Assembly: GCA_963819855.1 (NCBI GenBank) | Contig: CAWFYC010000033.1 | Coordinates: forward strand, 8,326 to 72,325 | DNA from: an uncultured Alphaproteobacteria bacterium | GTDB taxonomy: Bacteria; Pseudomonadota; Alphaproteobacteria; Acetobacterales; Acetobacteraceae | Direction of reading: 5' to 3' | Length of the DNA: 64,000 bases | Part shown: positions 1-10,089 of the stretch, in pieces | How positions within the stretch are numbered: position 1 is the stretch's first letter | Layout of the letters: every line of letters begins with the position of its first letter | The notes under the pieces: generated by a model | Seen by the model: the letters and a program-made list of their open reading frames with translations, nothing else | Told to the model about the DNA's origin: nothing | Databases searched by the model: none | Program-made: the position numbers and the translations under genes

Positions 1-1
1 C

Positions 2-832
2 GACTTGGTCACTGCGGTGATCGTGCTGCCCTGGCACAATCCGGTGCTGCTCGCCGAACAGGCAGCGACGCTGGACCTGCTGTCGGGAGGAAGGCTGGAT
101 TTCGGCATCGGCAAAGGCTACCGCTACAACGAATTCGCTGGCTTCGATGTGCCGATGGAAGAGGCCGATGCGCGGTTCGAAGAGTCGATCGAGGTCCTGC
201 TGAAGGCGTGGACCTCGGAGGAACGGTTCTCGCATCACGGCAAGTACTGGCGGTTCAACGATATCGTCGTCGAGCCGCCCTCGGCGCGGAAGCCGCACCC
301 GCAGATCTGGATGGGCGCCGGCAGCGAGCGATCGATCCGCAACGTTGCCGAGCGCGGCTTCAATCTGCTGCTCGGGCAATATGCCTCGCCGGACGATGTG
401 GCGCAGAGCATCGCGTGGTTCAGGGCCGCGGTCGAGGCGAGCGGCCGGCGTTACGATCCGATGCAGGTCGGCGTCACTCGTGCGTTCTTTGTCACCGACA
501 GTGCGGCGGAACGCGACGCGGCGCTGGACCGCAGACTGCAGAACCGGATGCGGCAGTTGAAGCTTGCGACGCGCCCCGATGGCACGGTGCATGGCGGACC
601 CGACCGAGCCACCGGCGATCCGCACGCGGTCAACGTCAACAGCGCGATCTACGGCAATCCGGACGAGATCGCCGGCAGACTTGAGGCGCTGCGGCGCGTT
701 GGGGTCGGCTACGTGCTGATCAACGGCGGCGGCTCGGGCGGCGGCGAACGGGGACGACAGAGCATGCGTCGATTTGCCCGCGAGGTGATGCCGTTGTACT
801 CCGATCAGGCTGCGGCGCAGGCGGCTGAATGA
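2..832 (+). CDS. LLM-class (luciferase-like) flavin-dependent oxidoreductase, 5' end outside window
   Basis: The frame is open to the window edge. The translation (HNPVLLAEQAATLDLLSGGRLDFGIGKGYRYNEF...) has the typical luciferase-like monooxygenase core. Confidence 0.8.
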   Translation, partial: DLVTAVIVLPWHNPVLLAEQAATLDLLSGGRLDFGIGKGYRYNEFAGFDVPMEEADARFEESIEVLLKAWTSEERFSHHGKYWRFNDIVVEPPSARKPHPQIWMGAGSERSIRNVAERGFNLLLGQYASPDDVAQSIAWFRAAVEASGRRYDPMQVGVTRAFFVTDSAAERDAALDRRLQNRMRQLKLATRPDGTVHGGPDRATGDPHAVNVNSAIYGNPDEIAGRLEALRRVGVGYVLINGGGSGGGERGRQSMRRFAREVMPLYSDQAAAQAAE

Positions 833-841
833 CGGACCGGA

Positions 842-1675
842 TCAGGCGCGGCCGCGCTGTCGCGGGTCGAGCACCAGACTCAGCCGGTCGCCGACCAGAT
901 TCACCGCCATGACTGTGAGGAACAGCGCGAGCCCGGGGAAGATCATCGTCCACGGCGCGTAGCGGACATATTCGCGGCCGGCATTCAGCATAGCACCCCA
1001 TTCCGGTGTCGGTGGTTGCGCCCCAAGACCGAGGAACGACAGCGTCGCGGTGAACAGCACCGCGCCGCCGAGGTCGAGCGTCGTGAGCACGATCAGGATC
1101 GGAGCAAGGTTCGGCAGCAGGTGGCGCAGCACGATGCGCATACGGCCGGCGCCGACCGATCGCGCGGCTTCGACGAAGTCGCGTGCGGCTAACGCCAATG
1201 TGGCGGCCCGCGTGATGCGGGCGAAGCGCGGAATGCCCGAGATGCCGACCGCCAGCGCCGCGTTCCACAGTCCGACACCAAGTACCGCCACGATGAGGAT
1301 GGCGAGGATGATCGGTGGGAAGCACAGCATGGCATCGATCAGCCGCGCTCCGATCGCATCAACCCGGCCGCCGCCATAAGCGATGGTGACACCCAGCAAT
1401 GCACCGAACACCAAGCTGATCGCGACCGTCGAGATGCCCATGGCGAGCGAGAAGCGTGCGCCATACATCACGCGACTCAGAATATCCCGTCCGAACAGAT
1501 CGCAGCCGAACCAGTGCTCGGCCGACATCGGTGCGAGGCGCCGGCACTGGCTGGTGGCGTTCCAGTCATACGGAGCCAATAGCGGTGCCAACGCCGCAAA
1601 AGTCAGGACGGCAGTCAGCACCAGGCTGCCTGCGACGGCACCTGGTGCTCCGAGCAGCCGCGCGACGCGGGTCAC
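842..1675 (-). CDS. ABC transporter permease, DppC/OppC-like
   Basis: The multi-TM translation has an N-terminal APYDW..EHWFG.D.FGRD motif and a binding-protein-dependent transport signature (ARSVGAGRMRIVLRHLLPN). The GTG start at 1675 overlaps the upstream stop (GTGA). The rest of the 648-aa track ORF is upstream read-through. Confidence 0.9.
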   Translation of the reverse strand: MTRVARLLGAPGAVAGSLVLTAVLTFAALAPLLAPYDWNATSQCRRLAPMSAEHWFGCDLFGRDILSRVMYGARFSLAMGISTVAISLVFGALLGVTIAYGGGRVDAIGARLIDAMLCFPPIILAILIVAVLGVGLWNAALAVGISGIPRFARITRAATLALAARDFVEAARSVGAGRMRIVLRHLLPNLAPILIVLTTLDLGGAVLFTATLSFLGLGAQPPTPEWGAMLNAGREYVRYAPWTMIFPGLALFLTVMAVNLVGDRLSLVLDPRQRGRA

Positions 1676-2586
1676 CCATGCACCCGCGGATCGATGATGC
1701 CGTAGGCGATGTCGATCACCAGGTTGATCAGCACGTAGGCAGCGGTGGTGAGCACGACGACTCCCTGAACGACCGGAAAGTCCTTCTCCAGCACCGCAAG
1801 CACGAGCAGCCGCCCGATGCCGGGACGCGCGAACACGGTTTCGGTCACGACCGCACCGCCGATCAGCAGCGCGAACTGGATACCGAGTAGCGTCAGCGGC
1901 GGAATGATCGCGTTGCGCATCGCGTGCTTGGCGACGACACGCACGGCGGTGAGACCCTTGGCGTAGGCAGTGCGGATATAATCCTGTGCCATCACCTCGA
2001 TGATGCTGTTGCGTACCAGGCGCGCGAGGCCTCCGGCGAGAAACAGACCCAGCGTGATGCTCGGCAAAATCAGCGCTTCCAGACCGGTGCCGAGTACCGG
2101 CACCCAGCCAAGTTCGGTGGCAAATATCTGGATCAGGATCATCCCGATCCAGAAACTCGGCAGTGACAGCCCCGCCAAAGCGAGCGTCATGCAGACGGCG
2201 TCGACCCAGCCGTTGGGCCGCAGGCCGGCAACAATGCCGAGCGTCGCGCCCAGCAGCACGCCGATCAGGAAGCCTCCGACGGCGAGCTGCAACGTATAGG
2301 GGAACTCGGCGGCGATCAGCTGTGTCACCGGCTGGCGGCTGCGGAAGCTGTCGCCGAAATCGCCGCTTGCGGCACTGGCGAGGAAGCTGAGGTATTGCAC
2401 GATGAACGGCCGGTCGAGGCCGAGCTTCGCGCGCGCCGCATCCATCGCCTGATCGCTGATCGGCGTTCCCTGCAGCATCAGCAGCACCGGATCGCCGGGG
2501 GCGAGCCGCATGGCGCCGAACACGACGGTCCAGGTGATCAGCAGTGTCGCGATGGCGCTGAGCAGGCGGCCTGGAATGCTCTGCAT
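1672..2586 (-). CDS. ABC transporter permease, DppB/OppB-like
   Basis: The 304-aa product carries LAPGDPV near the N-terminus, DYIRTAYAKGL and a C-terminal DPRV, as in DppB-family permeases. The ATG is at 2586. Confidence 0.9.
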   Translation of the reverse strand: MQSIPGRLLSAIATLLITWTVVFGAMRLAPGDPVLLMLQGTPISDQAMDAARAKLGLDRPFIVQYLSFLASAASGDFGDSFRSRQPVTQLIAAEFPYTLQLAVGGFLIGVLLGATLGIVAGLRPNGWVDAVCMTLALAGLSLPSFWIGMILIQIFATELGWVPVLGTGLEALILPSITLGLFLAGGLARLVRNSIIEVMAQDYIRTAYAKGLTAVRVVAKHAMRNAIIPPLTLLGIQFALLIGGAVVTETVFARPGIGRLLVLAVLEKDFPVVQGVVVLTTAAYVLINLVIDIAYGIIDPRVHG

Positions 2587-2695
2587 CGGCGAACAATAGG
2601 GATGCCGGATGACCGCACAAGCGCTGTCGTGGCGATTGCGCGATACCCGCCGGCACCGCACAGTGCGCGACAGTCGGACACATGTGGAGGCGGCA

Positions 2696-4312
2696 ATGGC
2701 CGGACGCGGAGCTTCGGGCGTGACACGTCGCGCGGTTGTCGGCGGCATGCTTGCCGCGCCGATGATCGCCCGCAACGCCGCCGCGCAATCCGACGGCGGG
2801 CTATCGGTGACCTGGGGCGAGGACGATGCGACGCCGCGCACCTACGATCCGCGTGTCACCAGTTCACGTCACGAATATCAGGTGATCGCGCAGGTGTTCG
2901 ACACGCTGATCGCGAGTGACGGGTCGAACAAGCTGTTTCCTGGCTTGGCGACGGCGTGGGATGTGGCGCCGGACGGCAGGAGCGTGACGCTCAAGCTGCG
3001 CAGCGATGTCGGCTTCCACGACGGCACGCCGTTCGATGCCGAGGCAGTGAAGTTCACCTTCGACACCATCGCCGATCCGAAGACCGCGAGCGAAGGGGCG
3101 GTGACCCAGCTCGGCCCGTATGCCGGCACCGAGGTGATCGATCCGCATACCGCGCGGGTGACCTATTCGCAGCCCTTCGGGGCCGCGCTCGCCAGCTACG
3201 CCGAAGGCACGCTTGCGCCGGTGTCACCCAGCGCGGTGAAGCGTCTGGGCAACCAGGCCTTCGCCCGCGCCCCGGTGGGCGCCGGGCCGTTCCGGTTCGT
3301 CTCCTGGGAGGAGGGGCGGCAGGTAGTGCTGGAACGGTTCGATCGATACAACTGGGCGCCGTCCTACAATGCGAACACCGGGCCGTCCCGCGTCCAGCGT
3401 GTGATTACCAGGTTCATTCCGGATGCCTCGACACGCGTGGCCGCACTCGAGGCGGGCGAGATCGACATTTCCGATGCAACGCCGATCCTGGACATCAAGC
3501 GGTTCAACGATGCGCGCGGCTATCACACCATGATCGGCAACGCAGCCGGCATTCCGTTCGGTTTGGAACTCAACGGCAGCCGTGGGATCTTCGCCGATGT
3601 CCGGGTTCGTCGTGCGCTCGCCATGGCGGTGGACCGCAAGGCGCTCAGCGAAAATCTGTTCTTCGGCCTGATCGATCCGGCCTATGGGCCGCTGTCGAAG
3701 GACACACCGGGCTATTGGGCGGGGACGGAGGAGCTGTACCAGCCGGACCCGAAGGGTGCGATGGCGCTGCTGGATCGGGCTGGCTGGAAGCCCGGACCGG
3801 ACGGCGTGCGGTTGAAGGACGGCCAGCGGTTGAGCGGCTTCTATGGTGCGCCGCCGCCGCTCGAACCTGACACGGCGGTTGAACTCCAGGCGGTTGCCCG
3901 GCGCGTTGGCTTCGACCTCAAGGTCGAGACCATTACGTTCGCACGGAATCAGGCGCTGGTGTTCGACAACGCGTTCGACATGCTGCCGGTGCGCTGGATC
4001 CAGGCCGATCCGATGTGCCTGGAGAACCTTTTTTCCAGTGCCAACATCCCGAGCCCCGGCCATTACCGCTACAACTGGATGCAGCTCAACGATCCCAAGC
4101 TGGACGCGCTGTTCGTGGCGGGTCGTGCGGTGCCGGACCCCGATAAGCGCGCCGCGGTCTATGCCGAGGCGCAGAAGATCATCATGGACAGCGCGCTGTG
4201 GTTCCCGGTGCACAACCAGGTGCAGACCATCGCCTATCGCGCGGAGAAGCAGGGCTATCACTTCGCCCGCGCCAGTTGGGTTGCGCTGTTCTACGACGTG
4301 ACGAAGACCTGA
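2696..4312 (+). CDS. ABC transporter substrate-binding protein, family 5 (peptide/nickel type)
   Basis: A Tat-like signal (TRRAVVGGMLAAPMIARNAAAQ) follows the internal ATG at 2696. The gene has typical family-5 SBP length and motifs and is divergent from the permease pair. Confidence 0.85.
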   Translation: MAGRGASGVTRRAVVGGMLAAPMIARNAAAQSDGGLSVTWGEDDATPRTYDPRVTSSRHEYQVIAQVFDTLIASDGSNKLFPGLATAWDVAPDGRSVTLKLRSDVGFHDGTPFDAEAVKFTFDTIADPKTASEGAVTQLGPYAGTEVIDPHTARVTYSQPFGAALASYAEGTLAPVSPSAVKRLGNQAFARAPVGAGPFRFVSWEEGRQVVLERFDRYNWAPSYNANTGPSRVQRVITRFIPDASTRVAALEAGEIDISDATPILDIKRFNDARGYHTMIGNAAGIPFGLELNGSRGIFADVRVRRALAMAVDRKALSENLFFGLIDPAYGPLSKDTPGYWAGTEELYQPDPKGAMALLDRAGWKPGPDGVRLKDGQRLSGFYGAPPPLEPDTAVELQAVARRVGFDLKVETITFARNQALVFDNAFDMLPVRWIQADPMCLENLFSSANIPSPGHYRYNWMQLNDPKLDALFVAGRAVPDPDKRAAVYAEAQKIIMDSALWFPVHNQVQTIAYRAEKQGYHFARASWVALFYDVTKT

Positions 4313-4317
4313 TCGCG

Positions 4318-6495
4318 ATGCACGCACTGACCGGATACGCCGATCGCTGGAGTGTCAAACAAGGCGAGACCATTCGTTTCATGGTCTCGAGCGCCGGCGA
4401 TCGGGATTTCTCACTCCGCTTTGTCCGCCATGTCGGTGCGGATCCCAATCCTTCCGGACCGGGTTATAGCGAGGTCCCGATGCCGAGCGCGATCGACGGC
4501 ACGTGTGCGGGCAAGGAACAGCCTGCCTGGCTCGGCAGCTATGGCCACGTTGTGTCGCTGCCGGTCGATCTGCGTGGCGGCGTGTGCCTGTCGGCGACGA
4601 TCTGGCCGACCACGCCGGACAAGGGCCGGCAGGGTCTGATAGCGCTGCGCATCGACGGCTGGACGTTCGCCCTCGGCATTGGCCCGGGCGGGGGCGCAAT
4701 GGCGGAAGTCACCGGTCCCGACGGCGCAAGCCTGCGCGCGGAAGTTCCGCGCCGACTGCTGGAACGGCGATGGTACGATGTGACGGCCTCGCTCGACAGC
4801 GACGGCACGCTCAGGGTGAAGCAGACGCCGCACGCGCCGCTCGGCGACGCCGGCGAGGCCACCACGAAGGGCGCACGGCTACCTGCCGGTGCGCCGGAGA
4901 TCTTCCTCGCCGCATTGCCGTCTGATGGCATCGGCCCGGCCAGCTCGCATTACAACGGCAAGCTCGAACGCTCAGCCATCCATCGCCCGGTGCCGTCGAA
5001 TGCCACGCTCGCGGTGTGGGATTTCTCGATCGGTATGCAGACCCAGTCCGCCACCGATATCGGGCCGCACTCAGCCCATGCGCGCCTCATCAACCTGCCC
5101 ACACGCGCCATGACGGGATCGAACTGGACCGGCGCGGCGCATGATTGGAAGTCCGCACCGGACCAGTACGGTGCCATCCATTTCCACGATGACGACCAGG
5201 GTCCGCTCGGCTGGGCTGAAAGTGCGTGCTTGACCGTGCCGTCGGACTGGCCGAGCGGCTTCTACGCCGCCCACATCGCCAACGACGCAGGCGAGGACTA
5301 CATCCCTTTCATCGTGCGGCCGCGACAGCCGCAGGCGGACGTCGCGCTGCTGGTGCCGACGTTCAGCTATCAGGTCTACGGCTGCTATGTCCGTCCCGGG
5401 CGTGGCGCTGAAATCGCCGAACGCGCAGCGGCGTGGGGAGCGCTCTGCGAGACACCGGACATGAACCCGCAATTCGGCCTGTCCTGCTACAACCATCACA
5501 GCGACGGATCCGGCGTGTCGCTGGTCACGCAATTCCGCCCGATGCTGGACACGCGACCGCGGCAGTTCGCGTTGATGGATCCGATCGAAGGCGGATCAGG
5601 CACGGCACGCTGGGTGGCCGACAGCTATATCGACCAGTTCCTGTCCACCATCGATGTGGCGCACGACGTCATCACCGATCACGACCTGCATGGCGAAGGT
5701 ATCGCCGCGTTGGCGCCGTATCGCGTCGTCATCGCGGCGCAGCATCCGGAGTATCATTCCGAGCGCATGATGCAGGCGTTCGAGGATTTTCTCGGTCGGG
5801 GCGGACGGCTGATGTATCTCGGTGGCAACGGCTTCTACTGGCGCGCCGAACCGTCCGAGGATCAACCGGACACGCTGGAGGTGCGCCGAGCCGAGGGCGG
5901 CATCCGGGTTTGGGAGACGATGCCCGGTGAGAGCTACCATGCGTTCGGTGGCGGTTACGGTGGGCTGTGGCGGCGCATCGGCCGCTCGGGCCACCGTCTC
6001 GTCGGCATCAGCTTCTCGACTCAGGGACGCCATCTCGGATTCCCTTATCGTTTCGTCGCCGGGATCGACGACCCGCGTGTGGCGTTCATGACAACGGGCC
6101 TCGACGCGCGCGCCGGCACGGAGTTCGGCGATGCCGGTTACATGGGCGGCGGCGCGGCCGGTTTCGAACTCGACAGCGTAAATCCCAAATATGGCACTCC
6201 GCCGCACGCATTGGTGGTTGCGAAGGGTGTCGTTATTCATCCCGACTATGGCTGGGTCAACGAGGACATGCTGGTGCATCGCCATCCGCTGCCGCAAAAG
6301 GATTGGTCGTGCGCCGACATGACATTCTTCGAGACTGCCGCCGGCGGCGCGGTGTTTTCGGTCGGCTCGATGACCTACGCGGGCAGCCTGATGATCGACG
6401 GCGGCAATAGCCCGCTTGGCCGCCTCACGGCCAACGTTGTCCGCCGCTTCGCCGATCCCACACCGTTCGAGCTGCCGGCCGCACTGACGCAATGA
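4318..6495 (+). CDS. N,N-dimethylformamidase large (beta) subunit family protein
   Basis: The N-terminus (MHALTGYADRWSVKQGETIRFMVSS...DPNPSGPGY) follows the pattern I recall for DMFase large subunits. The product is about 725 aa. The start was chosen at the ATG 6 nt after the SBP stop. Confidence 0.65.
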   Translation: MHALTGYADRWSVKQGETIRFMVSSAGDRDFSLRFVRHVGADPNPSGPGYSEVPMPSAIDGTCAGKEQPAWLGSYGHVVSLPVDLRGGVCLSATIWPTTPDKGRQGLIALRIDGWTFALGIGPGGGAMAEVTGPDGASLRAEVPRRLLERRWYDVTASLDSDGTLRVKQTPHAPLGDAGEATTKGARLPAGAPEIFLAALPSDGIGPASSHYNGKLERSAIHRPVPSNATLAVWDFSIGMQTQSATDIGPHSAHARLINLPTRAMTGSNWTGAAHDWKSAPDQYGAIHFHDDDQGPLGWAESACLTVPSDWPSGFYAAHIANDAGEDYIPFIVRPRQPQADVALLVPTFSYQVYGCYVRPGRGAEIAERAAAWGALCETPDMNPQFGLSCYNHHSDGSGVSLVTQFRPMLDTRPRQFALMDPIEGGSGTARWVADSYIDQFLSTIDVAHDVITDHDLHGEGIAALAPYRVVIAAQHPEYHSERMMQAFEDFLGRGGRLMYLGGNGFYWRAEPSEDQPDTLEVRRAEGGIRVWETMPGESYHAFGGGYGGLWRRIGRSGHRLVGISFSTQGRHLGFPYRFVAGIDDPRVAFMTTGLDARAGTEFGDAGYMGGGAAGFELDSVNPKYGTPPHALVVAKGVVIHPDYGWVNEDMLVHRHPLPQKDWSCADMTFFETAAGGAVFSVGSMTYAGSLMIDGGNSPLGRLTANVVRRFADPTPFELPAALTQ

Positions 6496-6572
6496 TGGTT
6501 GGTCGCGCTTTCGTGTCGTATCGACCTCTGCCATGCTTGGCCCAGCAACCAACGAACCGGGAGGACTGCTGA

Positions 6573-8132
6573 ATGCCGCCATCCAAAGAGGGACAGCCCC
6601 TCTCCGTGCAGCGCCGCGCGCTCATGCTGGGGAGCGCCGCCGGCATCATGCTGCCGACCTGGCGCGCACGCGCGCAGTCCGCCAGCGTGTTGAACATCGC
6701 GACCAGCGGAGATCCGGGACCGCTCGACCCCACGCCGGTCACGTCCGATCTGCTGTCGGAGATCACCCAGCTGTTCTACGAGACGCTGTACATCTTCGGG
6801 CCCGACTTCGGTATCGCACCGCTGCTTGCGGCCGAGCTGCCCGAGATCAGCGATGGGGGCAAACGCTATGTAATCAAGTTGCGCAGCGGCGTCCCGTACC
6901 ACGACGGCACCACCATGACCGCGGACGATGTGGTTGCCTCCCTGCAACGATGGGGACGGCTGTCGCCGCGCGGACGAACGCCCTGGGCGTTTCTGGATTC
7001 GATTTCGGCGAAGGATCCGGCGACCGTCGAGATCGTGCTGAAGCAGCCGTATTCGCCGCTGCTCAATCTGTTGGCGTTCCCCAACGGCTCGCCGCAGATC
7101 ATGCCGAAACGCGTTGCCACCGCGCCCGATCCGCTGAAGGATTTCACCGGCACCGGGCCGTTCAAGCTGATCGAATACAAGCCTGACACCTGGGTGCGTG
7201 TCGGCAAGTTTCCACAGTATGTCTCGCCGCCGGGAACGGCGAACGGCTACGTCGGCCGTCGCGAGGCACTGGTCGACGAAATTCGATTCCTCCCCTCGCC
7301 GAACCCGACCACGCGCGCGGATGGCCTGCTGGCGGGACAATATCACTGGGCGGACAACCTGACGCCGGAGAGCTACGCCCGTATCCACAGCAACCCGGAC
7401 GTGACACCCGGCGTCCTGACGGCGGCGCTCTGGGTGCTGTTCATCATGAACACCAAGAAGGGCGCGATGAGCAATGTTCTGCTGCGCCGCGCCGCGCAGA
7501 CGGCGATCAACTGCTCGGACGCGCTGGCGGCGGCGTTCGGCGACAAGGCGTTGTGGACTCTGCAAGGGTCGATCTATCCCGAGGGTACCGCATGGTTCGA
7601 CGCCGAGGCGCCGGGCTACAATCAGGGCAATCCGGAAAAGGCGGCAGCGCTGCTGAAGCAGGCCGGCTACAACCGCGAGCCGATCCGGGTGCTGACCAGC
7701 GTGCAGTACGACTACCAGTACAAGACCGCGCAGGTGATCGAGGCCAACCTGACCGAGGCCGGGTTCAAGATCGACCTCGTGGTCACCGACTGGGCGACGA
7801 TCCTGCAGCGCCGGCAGAATCCCGACCAGTGGGAGGCCTTCGTGACCGGGCACGGCGTGGTGCCGGAACCATCCTCGATCACGATCTTCAACCCGAGCTA
7901 TCCGGGCTGGTGGGATACGCCGGAGAAGCACGCTCTGCTGGACGCGTTCACCACCGAAAGCGACCCGGCAAAGCGCGTGCCGCTATGGCACAAGCTGCAG
8001 GCGCAGTTCTACGTCGACGCACCCACCGTGAAGATCGGCGCCGGATACACGACGTTCGGCGCCAGCAAGAAGATGACCGGCTACTATCCCGGCATCTGGC
8101 CGGCATTCTGGAACACCAGGCTGTCCGCCTGA
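6573..8132 (+). CDS. ABC transporter substrate-binding protein, family 5
   Basis: A GGGAGGA Shine-Dalgarno sequence lies upstream and the product has a signal peptide (RRALMLGSAAGIMLPTWRARAQS). Size and composition are SBP-5-like, and the gene is followed by cognate permeases and ATPases. Confidence 0.85.
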   Translation: MPPSKEGQPLSVQRRALMLGSAAGIMLPTWRARAQSASVLNIATSGDPGPLDPTPVTSDLLSEITQLFYETLYIFGPDFGIAPLLAAELPEISDGGKRYVIKLRSGVPYHDGTTMTADDVVASLQRWGRLSPRGRTPWAFLDSISAKDPATVEIVLKQPYSPLLNLLAFPNGSPQIMPKRVATAPDPLKDFTGTGPFKLIEYKPDTWVRVGKFPQYVSPPGTANGYVGRREALVDEIRFLPSPNPTTRADGLLAGQYHWADNLTPESYARIHSNPDVTPGVLTAALWVLFIMNTKKGAMSNVLLRRAAQTAINCSDALAAAFGDKALWTLQGSIYPEGTAWFDAEAPGYNQGNPEKAAALLKQAGYNREPIRVLTSVQYDYQYKTAQVIEANLTEAGFKIDLVVTDWATILQRRQNPDQWEAFVTGHGVVPEPSSITIFNPSYPGWWDTPEKHALLDAFTTESDPAKRVPLWHKLQAQFYVDAPTVKIGAGYTTFGASKKMTGYYPGIWPAFWNTRLSA

Positions 8133-8153
8133 GACGCTAGCCGGAGCCGGCGC

Positions 8154-9095
8154 ATGACGCGTTATCTGTTGCGCCGGCTTGCCGGGATGGTCGTCGTGAT
8201 GTTCCTGGTCGCGACGATCGTGTTCGTGATCGCCCATGTCATTCCGGGTGACCCCGCGGCGGTGATGCTGGGGCCGTCGGCAACCGCCGACGATATCGCG
8301 GCGCTGCGTACTCGCCTTGGCCTCGATGCATCGCTGCCGGTGCAGTACGTGCAGTTCCTGCATTCGGTGATCCGGCTGCGACTGGGCGAGTCGATCTTCC
8401 TCGGTCGCAGCGTGACGCAGGCGCTGGCCGAACGGGCGCCGCTGACGCTGCAGCTTACCGTGCTGGCCGCGGCACTTGCGACGCTGATCGGCATCCCGAT
8501 CGGCGTGTTGTCGGCAGTGAAGCGCGGCAGCATGGCGGACCAGGTGCTGACCGCTGCCGCCATGGCCGGTGCCAGCCTGCCGAGCTTCTGGATCGGCCTG
8601 ACGCTGATCGAATACCTGGCGGTGCGTCTGCACCTGCTGCCGGTCGCCGGCTACGGGCCTCCCGATGCCGGAATGCTGGAGCGGCTGACCTACCTGATCA
8701 TGCCGGCGATCGCGCTTGGTATTCCGAATTCCGCACTGATCATGCGCTTCACCCGCACTAGCATGCTGGACGTGCTGCAAGAGGATTACGTGCGCACGGC
8801 GCGCGCCAAGGGGCTGGCGCCGGCAACAGTGATCTTCAAGCACGCATTTCGTAACGCGCGCACCGCGGTGCTGACCGTGATCGGGCTGACCGTCGCCGGG
8901 CTGCTCGGCGGCGCCATCGTCACCGAGACCGTGTTCGCACTGCCCGGGGTCGGCAATCTTGTCGTTTCCGCGGTGCTGCGGCGGGACTATCCGGTGATTC
9001 AGGGCGCGCTGCTGGTGATCTCCGGCGTCTATGTGCTGATCAATCTCGGCATCGACATCCTGTATGCGGTGCTCGATCCGCGGGTGCGGTACTGA
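8154..9095 (+). CDS. ABC transporter permease, DppB-like
   Basis: The product carries IPGDPAAVMLG, EDYVRTARAKGL and a C-terminal DPRVRY, with six predicted hydrophobic segments. Confidence 0.9.
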   Translation: MTRYLLRRLAGMVVVMFLVATIVFVIAHVIPGDPAAVMLGPSATADDIAALRTRLGLDASLPVQYVQFLHSVIRLRLGESIFLGRSVTQALAERAPLTLQLTVLAAALATLIGIPIGVLSAVKRGSMADQVLTAAAMAGASLPSFWIGLTLIEYLAVRLHLLPVAGYGPPDAGMLERLTYLIMPAIALGIPNSALIMRFTRTSMLDVLQEDYVRTARAKGLAPATVIFKHAFRNARTAVLTVIGLTVAGLLGGAIVTETVFALPGVGNLVVSAVLRRDYPVIQGALLVISGVYVLINLGIDILYAVLDPRVRY

Positions 9096-9977
9096 ATGTC
9101 CGACATCGCGCTGCCCGCCGCCCGCGCTCGATCGGCCTCGCCGGCGCTGTTGTTGCTGCGACGGCTGGTGCGGCGGCGGCTGGTGCTGATCAGCCTGTTC
9201 ATACTGCTGATCATGCTGGTGGCCGCGTTGGGCGCGCCGTGGCTGGCGCCCTATTCGCCGCGCAAAATGGACATCGCGCACCGGTTGGCGGCGCCCTCGG
9301 CCGCGCACTGGTTCGGCACCGACGAGTTCGGCCGCGACGTGCTGACGCGCTGCATGTACGGCGCCCAGCTGTCGCTGACCGTCGGGTTCCTGGTGGTGCT
9401 TGCCTCGCTGACCTGCGGAACTGTGCTGGGCGTGGTATCCGGCTATGTGCGCCAGCTCGACGGGCTGCTGATGCGCATCACCGACGCGTTGATGGCATTC
9501 CCCGACATCCTGCTGGCAATCGCACTGATGGCGGCGCTGGGTGCTTCGCTGACCGACGTGGTGATCGCGCTTGGCACCGTCTATACACCGCGCGTCGCCC
9601 GCGTCGCCCGCGGCGCGACCCTGGTGCTGCGTGAGTTGCAGTTCATCGAGGCAGCGGAGGCGCTGGGCGCCAGCGACAAGCGCGTCATCGTCGTGCACCT
9701 GCTGCCGAACCTGCTGTCGCCGCTGCTGGTGCAGGGCACGTTCGTGTTCGCTTTCTCCATCCTGACCGAGGCGGCACTGTCGTTCCTCGGCGCCGGTGTG
9801 CCGCCGACCAGCCCGACCTGGGGCAACATGATCGCCGCCGCGCAGGAGTACATGCAGGATGCCGCGTGGCTGATCCTGGCGCCTGGGCTCTGCATTGTCC
9901 TGACGGTGCTGGCGCTGCAGGCGGTGGGTGACGGATTGCGCGATGCGCTCGATCCGCGGCTGCGGCGGCTGACATGA
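9096..9977 (+). CDS. ABC transporter permease, DppC-like
   Basis: The start immediately follows the upstream stop. The product carries APYSP...[13 protein letters not shown] and [21 protein letters not shown] motifs. Confidence 0.9.
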   Translation: MSDIALPAARARSASPALLLLRRLVRRRLVLISLFILLIMLVAALGAPWLAPYSPRKMDIAHRLAAPSAAHWFGTDEFGRDVLTRCMYGAQLSLTVGFLVVLASLTCGTVLGVVSGYVRQLDGLLMRITDALMAFPDILLAIALMAALGASLTDVVIALGTVYTPRVARVARGATLVLRELQFIEAAEALGASDKRVIVVHLLPNLLSPLLVQGTFVFAFSILTEAALSFLGAGVPPTSPTWGNMIAAAQEYMQDAAWLILAPGLCIVLTVLALQAVGDGLRDALDPRLRRLT

Positions 9978-10009
9978 ACCGCCAGGCGTCTGTCAAGTCC
10001 GTCCCGCCT

Positions 10010-10089
10010 GTCATTCCCGCGCAAGCGGGAACCCAGGCGGATCAGCACCGGTGAGTGGATCCCTGGGTTCCCGCGTTCGCGGGAATGAC
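10010..10089. repeat. REP-like compound palindrome (28-nt inverted arms, each arm itself a hairpin)
   Basis: The left arm gtcattcccgcgcaagcgggaacccagg (10010-10037) pairs with the right arm cctgggttcccgcgttcgcgggaatgac (10062-10089). The arms differ only in the inner loop. The element belongs to the same family as the one at 22243-22306. Confidence 0.85.

Noticed and set aside
6375-9698. Long minus-strand ORFs (6375-7931, 518 aa; 7983-9698, 571 aa) antisense to the SBP and permease genes
   Set aside because: Their Arg/Gly/Gln/His-rich low-complexity translations are typical of antisense frames in high-G+C DNA. The plus-strand genes have clear family motifs, signal peptides and operon structure.
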